This document shows, one piece after another, positions 42,062 to 45,351 of a stretch of 45,351 nt of DNA (the first letter of the stretch is position 1; every line of letters begins with the position of its first letter). Origin of the DNA: a virus; the IMG/VR virus record IMGVR_UViG_3300046457_000122, positions 1-45,351 of that record; one strand, given 5' to 3'. A program made the translations under genes and the position numbers. The notes beneath the pieces were generated by a model. The model made no database searches and had not been told where the DNA came from. It saw only the letters and a program-made list of their open reading frames with translations.

Positions 42062-42083
42062 GGGACCGGGTGCAACCGATCCC
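42062..42083 (-). terminator. candidate terminator of the toxin mRNA
   Basis: Minus strand GGGATCGG-ttgcac-CCGGTCCC followed by TTTATCTATTCTTAT. Confidence 0.5.
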
Positions 42084-42134
42084 CCTGTACAACTTACCGC
42101 TATAAGAGCGGTCGGCACGTTAAGGTTTGATCAA

Positions 42135-42171
42135 GAAATAGACCGAATCCTTAGCCAGGGCGGTCTATTTC
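42135..42171. terminator. 11-bp perfect hairpin overlapping the toxin stop codon
   Basis: GAAATAGACCG-N15-CGGTCTATTTC, followed on the plus strand by CTTTTAT. Confidence 0.5.
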
Positions 42172-42248
42172 CTTTTATGGAAAGAAAGTATCAGAATCAC
42201 CAATGTTGCAAATTGAATCATCAACATCAGCGTGTCTTTAACTTCCAT
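42165..42248 (-). CDS. Hol-Tox-like (putative holin-like) type I toxin peptide, 27 aa
   Basis: MEVKDTLMLMIQFATLVILILSFHKRK. SD AAAGGGGGTG 5 nt before the ATG. Extended -10 TGGTATAAT at 42314..42322. One TM helix plus a basic tail, as in Firmicute holin-like toxins. Confidence 0.6.
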   Translation of the reverse strand: MEVKDTLMLMIQFATLVILILSFHKRK

Positions 42249-42355
42249 GGCTTCACCCCCTTTACAGGAGATTAGCCGACCGCCCTTGATAGCCGTTATG
42301 TCGTACAACCCAGATTATACCACATTAGTCCTCTATTAAGAGGGCTTTTTATTTT
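42249..42355 (+). ncRNA. predicted antisense antitoxin sRNA covering the toxin 5' UTR and SD
   Basis: A plus-strand-only terminator at 42328..42355 has no plus-strand gene to serve. Weak candidate promoter TTGAAT-18-TTTAAC (42213..42242). The transcript would be fully complementary to AAAGGGGGTG and the toxin leader. Confidence 0.3.
42328..42355 (+). terminator. plus-strand rho-independent terminator
   Basis: GTCCTCT-atta-AGAGGGC followed by TTTTTATTTT. Confidence 0.6.
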
Positions 42356-42405
42356 GTTAATAGTCACCTACAATACAAACAAACACTAAACAGGTGGTGC
42401 ACAAG

Positions 42406-43842
42406 ATGGAATCTACACTAAAAATGATACGAGCTGCTGGGTATGGACGGGTGAGTACCGAAGAGCAGGCTAACGAAGGTCACTCTCTCGATGCTCAGAG
42501 AGAATTCAACCTAAAATATATAGAAAATGAAAAGTGGATATTGTCTGGATATTTTGAGGACCCCGGATACTCAGGCAAAAACCTGAACAGACCAGACGTG
42601 AAACGATTGATACAAGAGATTAAAAGCAAAAACTTAGACGCATTGGTGGTTCATAAATTGGACCGCTTGACCCGTGATATAAAAGACTTATATGAGATGC
42701 TCCAAATGTTTGATGAATATAACATTAAGTTTGTTTCTATATCCGAAAAGATAGATACAGATACCGCCATGGGACGAATGTTTGTTTTTATGTTGGGTAT
42801 ATTTGCTCAATGGTACCGGGAGAATTTATCTGAGGAAGTTACAAAAGGGATGCGCGCTCGAGCTAAAAAAGGGATACCTAATGTATTTGTAAATATGTTT
42901 GGATACACTCGCACTCCTGAGGGTGAACTTATTATCAACGAGGAAGAGGCTAAATGGGTAAGATGGATATTTGAACAATACTTAGATGGCAAAGGAACTG
43001 CTACTATCGCTAAGGAACTAAACAATATGAACATTCGCCGATCTCGCGGCGGTAGATGGAGCCAAACAAAGGTTATGGATGTTTTAGAAAACCAACACTA
43101 CGTCGGAAATATAACCTGGAAGAGCAAAAAAGATGATGAGGAAGACCGCATAATAAGAAAAGGCGCTCATATAGGAATCATTGATGAAGAAACGTTTGAC
43201 CGGGTACAACGTTGGATACAGCGACGTAGAGACGGGCTTAGATCACGTAATTCCTACAACTATGCATTCGGTGGTGTCTTGCGTTGTGGTAAATGTGGCG
43301 GTCGATACAAAGGTAAATATGCAATTAGTGGTGGAACGCTAACATACAATTATGTTTGCTCGAATAAAGAACGGTATCATACATGCGACCAATCATCTAT
43401 ATCGGAGACCAAACTTGTGAAAATGTTATTTAAGTCACTTGATATGGATAATGAGAATTTATTTTGGAAAGATGATGTAAAGGAATCCAATAACTCTGAA
43501 GAAGAGCAAATTAGAAGAGCAATCAAAGCAAGCGAAGAAAGACGGGAACGTTGGCAAATGGCATATGGGGACGGTTTTATGCCCTATCAGGACTTTAGCA
43601 ATCGTATGAAAGAAGAGATGCAACGTGTTGTTGAACTTGAGGAAAAACTAAGTGGGCTGCCGGGTGCTGTAGTATCGACGCTTGACCCCGCAGAAGTAAT
43701 AAGCATAATGCAAGATATTAAAGAGAATTGGTGGTACATGGAACGATCAACGCAAAAGCAATTAATACAAGAGTTGTTCCAAGATATTTCAATTTTAAAA
43801 GATGGGAAAGAATGGGGAATTAAAGGGATAGCATTCGCATAG
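42406..43842 (+). CDS. int: large serine recombinase (integrase)
   Basis: YGRVSTEEQ catalytic-Ser motif and resolvase fold, a recombinase domain, a Cys-rich zinc ribbon (CGKCGG...C..C..HTC) and a C-terminal coiled coil. ATG 42406 after AGGTGGTG. Confidence 0.9.
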   Translation: MESTLKMIRAAGYGRVSTEEQANEGHSLDAQREFNLKYIENEKWILSGYFEDPGYSGKNLNRPDVKRLIQEIKSKNLDALVVHKLDRLTRDIKDLYEMLQMFDEYNIKFVSISEKIDTDTAMGRMFVFMLGIFAQWYRENLSEEVTKGMRARAKKGIPNVFVNMFGYTRTPEGELIINEEEAKWVRWIFEQYLDGKGTATIAKELNNMNIRRSRGGRWSQTKVMDVLENQHYVGNITWKSKKDDEEDRIIRKGAHIGIIDEETFDRVQRWIQRRRDGLRSRNSYNYAFGGVLRCGKCGGRYKGKYAISGGTLTYNYVCSNKERYHTCDQSSISETKLVKMLFKSLDMDNENLFWKDDVKESNNSEEEQIRRAIKASEERRERWQMAYGDGFMPYQDFSNRMKEEMQRVVELEEKLSGLPGAVVSTLDPAEVISIMQDIKENWWYMERSTQKQLIQELFQDISILKDGKEWGIKGIAFA

Positions 43843-43891
43843 TTTGTACCTGTGTACCCTCTGGTAAGCCAACGGGTGCATAGGTACAAAC
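43842..43891. other. candidate attP core for the serine integrase
   Basis: 50-bp imperfect palindrome, 19 of 25 positions symmetric, with perfect outer 10-bp arms GTTTGTACCT/AGGTACAAAC. The centre is AA at 43866..43867. It begins at the last base of the int stop codon. Confidence 0.45.
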
Positions 43892-43898
43892 TTTTAAC

Positions 43899-43922
43899 AT
43901 AAAAAAGAGCCCCGAAGGGCTC
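43899..43922 (-). terminator. terminator of the lysis cassette
   Basis: GAGCCC-ttcg-GGGCTC followed by T6 on the minus strand. Overlaps the holin stop. Confidence 0.75.
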
Positions 43923-44286
43923 AAGCAGATTTCTTTGCATTTGCATTGTAATCTTGAACTGCTTTTTCTATTACAGCCCGTATCTCCTGTTCAGTTACAT
44001 TTAATCCCATAACCCGCAGTCTACCAATCACATAGTCAATTGCTTCCTGTAGTTTCTTGTCTCCTTCGAAGTCCTTGAACACCGATTCCGCATAGGCAAC
44101 CGCTTCGACGCCCACCTTATGCAAGAACTCTCTATCCTTGACCGACGTGTTGGATACATAGTATTCTGTAGCCTTCTGCTGAGCCTTTTTAAGAGCACTT
44201 GTAGCAATCGTAGCCAATAAGCCAATTAGTGCAGTTACAATGGTTAATACGTAGGGTTGAGCTGCTTCTATTAATTGTTCCTTCAT
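43921..44286 (-). CDS. holin (LL-H-like layout)
   Basis: Single N-terminal TM helix YVLTIVTALIGLLATIATSAL followed by a charged helical domain. AAGAGGAGTGA RBS. Immediately follows the endolysin. Confidence 0.55.
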   Translation of the reverse strand: MKEQLIEAAQPYVLTIVTALIGLLATIATSALKKAQQKATEYYVSNTSVKDREFLHKVGVEAVAYAESVFKDFEGDKKLQEAIDYVIGRLRVMGLNVTEQEIRAVIEKAVQDYNANAKKSA

Positions 44287-44306
44287 TATATGTCACTCCT
44301 CTTAAT

Positions 44307-45194
44307 TTATAGTTTAGGGAAAATATCTACCCGTTTCGGATTAGTCTTGTCCCAAAAGATCCGCGCTCCAAGTGCTGTGGTTAATGCTCGAGCTGGCACA
44401 TGACCGATACCGCCGATATTCACCGTTTCTACCGCTTGACCATTAATAGTTACCTTGCCGTTCGTGTATCCGATTTTACCGCCAAGCATCTCACCAATCG
44501 GACGAGAAGGGACAAAGGTAACATTCTTAATACTGTAACCCACAAAGTCCTGACCACTTACAATGACCTCCATTGTCGGGTATGGTGCTGGATCTGTTGG
44601 TTTAGGAGTTACTGGCGTAGGCGCTGGTGTAGGCTTTGTATCGGGTCCCGTAAATGGCACGCCTACGTGAGCGCATAGACCTTTAGCGATGGCCAGAGCA
44701 ACATTGTTTTGAAAGTCGTTGTCAAAGAGGGTTGCCTCTTCCACTGCGTTGCTGATAAAGCCAACTTCAACCAGGACAGCATCCATTGTCGTGCTACGGA
44801 TAACCTGAAAGTTACCATAAGCAACGCCGCGGTCTCTAAGCCCTGTAGCTGCTGCCATATGTTTGTGTATGGTGTTAGCAAGGTTCTTGCTGGTGGGACG
44901 CATATAGTACGTTTCTGTGCCTGTAGCCTCGGGGTTACTGCTGCTATTCGCATGGATGGATACAAAGGCATCTGCGCCAGATTTATTCGCGATAGATACA
45001 CGCTCTTTAAGCTCTAGAAATACGTCTGTGCGGCGTGTGAGGATTACCTTTAGTTCAGGGTTATCTTTTAAAAAAGCTTCTACCTTAATAGCTATAGCAA
45101 GGTTAAAATCTTTTTCCTTTTTCCCTGTTGGACCAACTGCTCCCGGGTCCTTAGCTCCATGTCCTGCATCAATTACGATTGTCTTTTTCGCCAT
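44307..45194 (-). CDS. N-acetylmuramoyl-L-alanine amidase endolysin (Amidase_3) with a copper-amine-oxidase-N-like wall-binding domain
   Basis: ATG 45194 after AAGGAGGG. IVIDAGHG, SIHANS and VEVGFISN motifs. PTPAPTPVTPKPT linker. C-terminal KVTINGQAVETVNIGGIGHVPARALTTALGARIFWD. Confidence 0.9.
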   Translation of the reverse strand: MAKKTIVIDAGHGAKDPGAVGPTGKKEKDFNLAIAIKVEAFLKDNPELKVILTRRTDVFLELKERVSIANKSGADAFVSIHANSSSNPEATGTETYYMRPTSKNLANTIHKHMAAATGLRDRGVAYGNFQVIRSTTMDAVLVEVGFISNAVEEATLFDNDFQNNVALAIAKGLCAHVGVPFTGPDTKPTPAPTPVTPKPTDPAPYPTMEVIVSGQDFVGYSIKNVTFVPSRPIGEMLGGKIGYTNGKVTINGQAVETVNIGGIGHVPARALTTALGARIFWDKTNPKRVDIFPKL

Positions 45195-45224
45195 GATTTG
45201 TTCCCTCCTTGATGATTGTTCCTG

Positions 45225-45351
45225 GTCGGTATCCCTGCGTAATAATGTCGATAACATAATTAAGCTCTTCCGATCCGCTTTCCCTAATCGTGTCAAAGCA
45301 CCATGAGGTCCATTCAACTCCCATTTTTGCCCACCTAACGATTCGATTTGT
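45225..45351. repeat. Terminal direct repeat, exact copy of 1..127
   Basis: Base-for-base identity read along all 127 positions. Confidence 0.95.

Larger units (their letters stand above)
1..45351. mobile_element. Complete temperate dsDNA phage genome (closed contig, 45,224 bp unique)
   Basis: Lysogeny, recombination, replication, packaging, virion and lysis modules are all present, and the two window ends overlap exactly by 127 bp. Confidence 0.85.

Noticed and set aside
41936-42118. 60-aa minus-strand ORF 41936..42118
   Set aside because: It overlaps the start and promoter of 41656..41961 and the hairpins and terminator of the toxin locus. It has no RBS and an implausible Gly/Tyr/Ile-rich sequence.
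42060-42125. Structured segment as a tRNA or tRNA fragment (attachment within a tRNA gene)
   Set aside because: It contains two short hairpins but no T-loop consensus (GTTCRANYC), no acceptor-stem pairing and no cloverleaf geometry in either orientation. It is better explained as a terminator plus the 3' UTR pairing element of the toxin mRNA.
42105-42286. The GCGGTCGGC inverted repeat as the attP site
   Set aside because: The arms are about 160 bp apart and enclose a complete small gene with promoter and terminators. Serine-integrase attP cores are about 40-50 bp, and the compact palindrome at 43842..43891 fits better. This is kept as an alternative if junction data disagree.
44400-45306. 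Plus-strand ORFs antisense to the endolysin (44400..44678, 44709..45017, 44917..45306)
   Set aside because: They are shadow ORFs opposite a gene with unambiguous catalytic motifs, and have no RBSs.
44307-45317. The 336-aa form of the endolysin starting at TTG 45317
   Set aside because: That start is an artefact of the window edge, because the frame continues across the junction. AAGGAGGG followed by ATG 45194 gives the canonical MAKKTIVIDAGHG Amidase_3 N-terminus. The unusually long open upstream frame is reported separately as a finding.
1-45351. Diversity-generating retroelement, retron, CRISPR-Cas, restriction-modification pair or CBASS-type operon
   Set aside because: No reverse transcriptase, no template/variable repeat pair near the tail fibre genes, no array, no nuclease partner next to the orphan methyltransferase and no cyclase-like ORF was seen in any frame of the ORF track.

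Overview
The window is a complete temperate dsDNA phage genome. Bases 1..127 are identical to 45225..45351, so the contig closes on itself and holds 45,224 unique bp. Translation signals look Gram-positive (Bacillota-like): AGGAGG-type RBSs, many GTG/TTG starts and ATGA-type coupled genes. Families recognised by motif only point the same way: ArpU, YopX, RusA, RsfA/Myb-like, LL-H-type holin and an Amidase_3 endolysin with a copper-amine-oxidase-N-like wall-binding domain. Nearly everything lies on the minus strand as one long early-to-late transcription direction. The order is: cro-like repressor and Bro/KilAC antirepressor (39137..38124); ERF, SSB, HNH, a DPPH methyltransferase and ASCH; many small ORFs; a DnaD-like replisome organizer carrying internal 11-bp iterons and a DnaC-like loader; YopX, RusA, ArpU; terS, terL, portal, scaffold, capsid; two receptor-binding proteins that share an N-terminal anchor; a three-unit accessory island; three ejection-type proteins including a 1387-aa giant and a peptidoglycan hydrolase; then, across the circular junction, endolysin and holin. 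No tail-tube, tail-chaperone or convincing tape-measure genes are visible, so the virion looks podovirus-like. The plus strand carries the lysogeny side (39335..43842): a CI-like repressor, a second HTH, a promoter-to-terminator operon of three membrane proteins and a large serine integrase. Two further counter-oriented plus-strand units sit inside the early operon. The most interesting leads, all resting on sequence reading only: (1) an unannotated 27-codon Hol-Tox-like type I toxin with a predicted antisense sRNA and 5'-3' fold-back next to the integrase; (2) a 50-bp imperfect palindrome abutting the integrase stop codon as candidate attP; (3) a solo Cas2/VapD-like gene in an insulated island that splits the virion operon; (4) an A_AAA_AAG slippery site that would fuse a 72-aa ORF to a start-less excisionase-like HTH module by -1 frameshifting; (5) a 29-codon ORF overlapping the ssb 3' end that encodes a second SSB-tail-like peptide ending in IDGPF. 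No rRNA, tRNA, CRISPR array, reverse transcriptase or transposase was seen.
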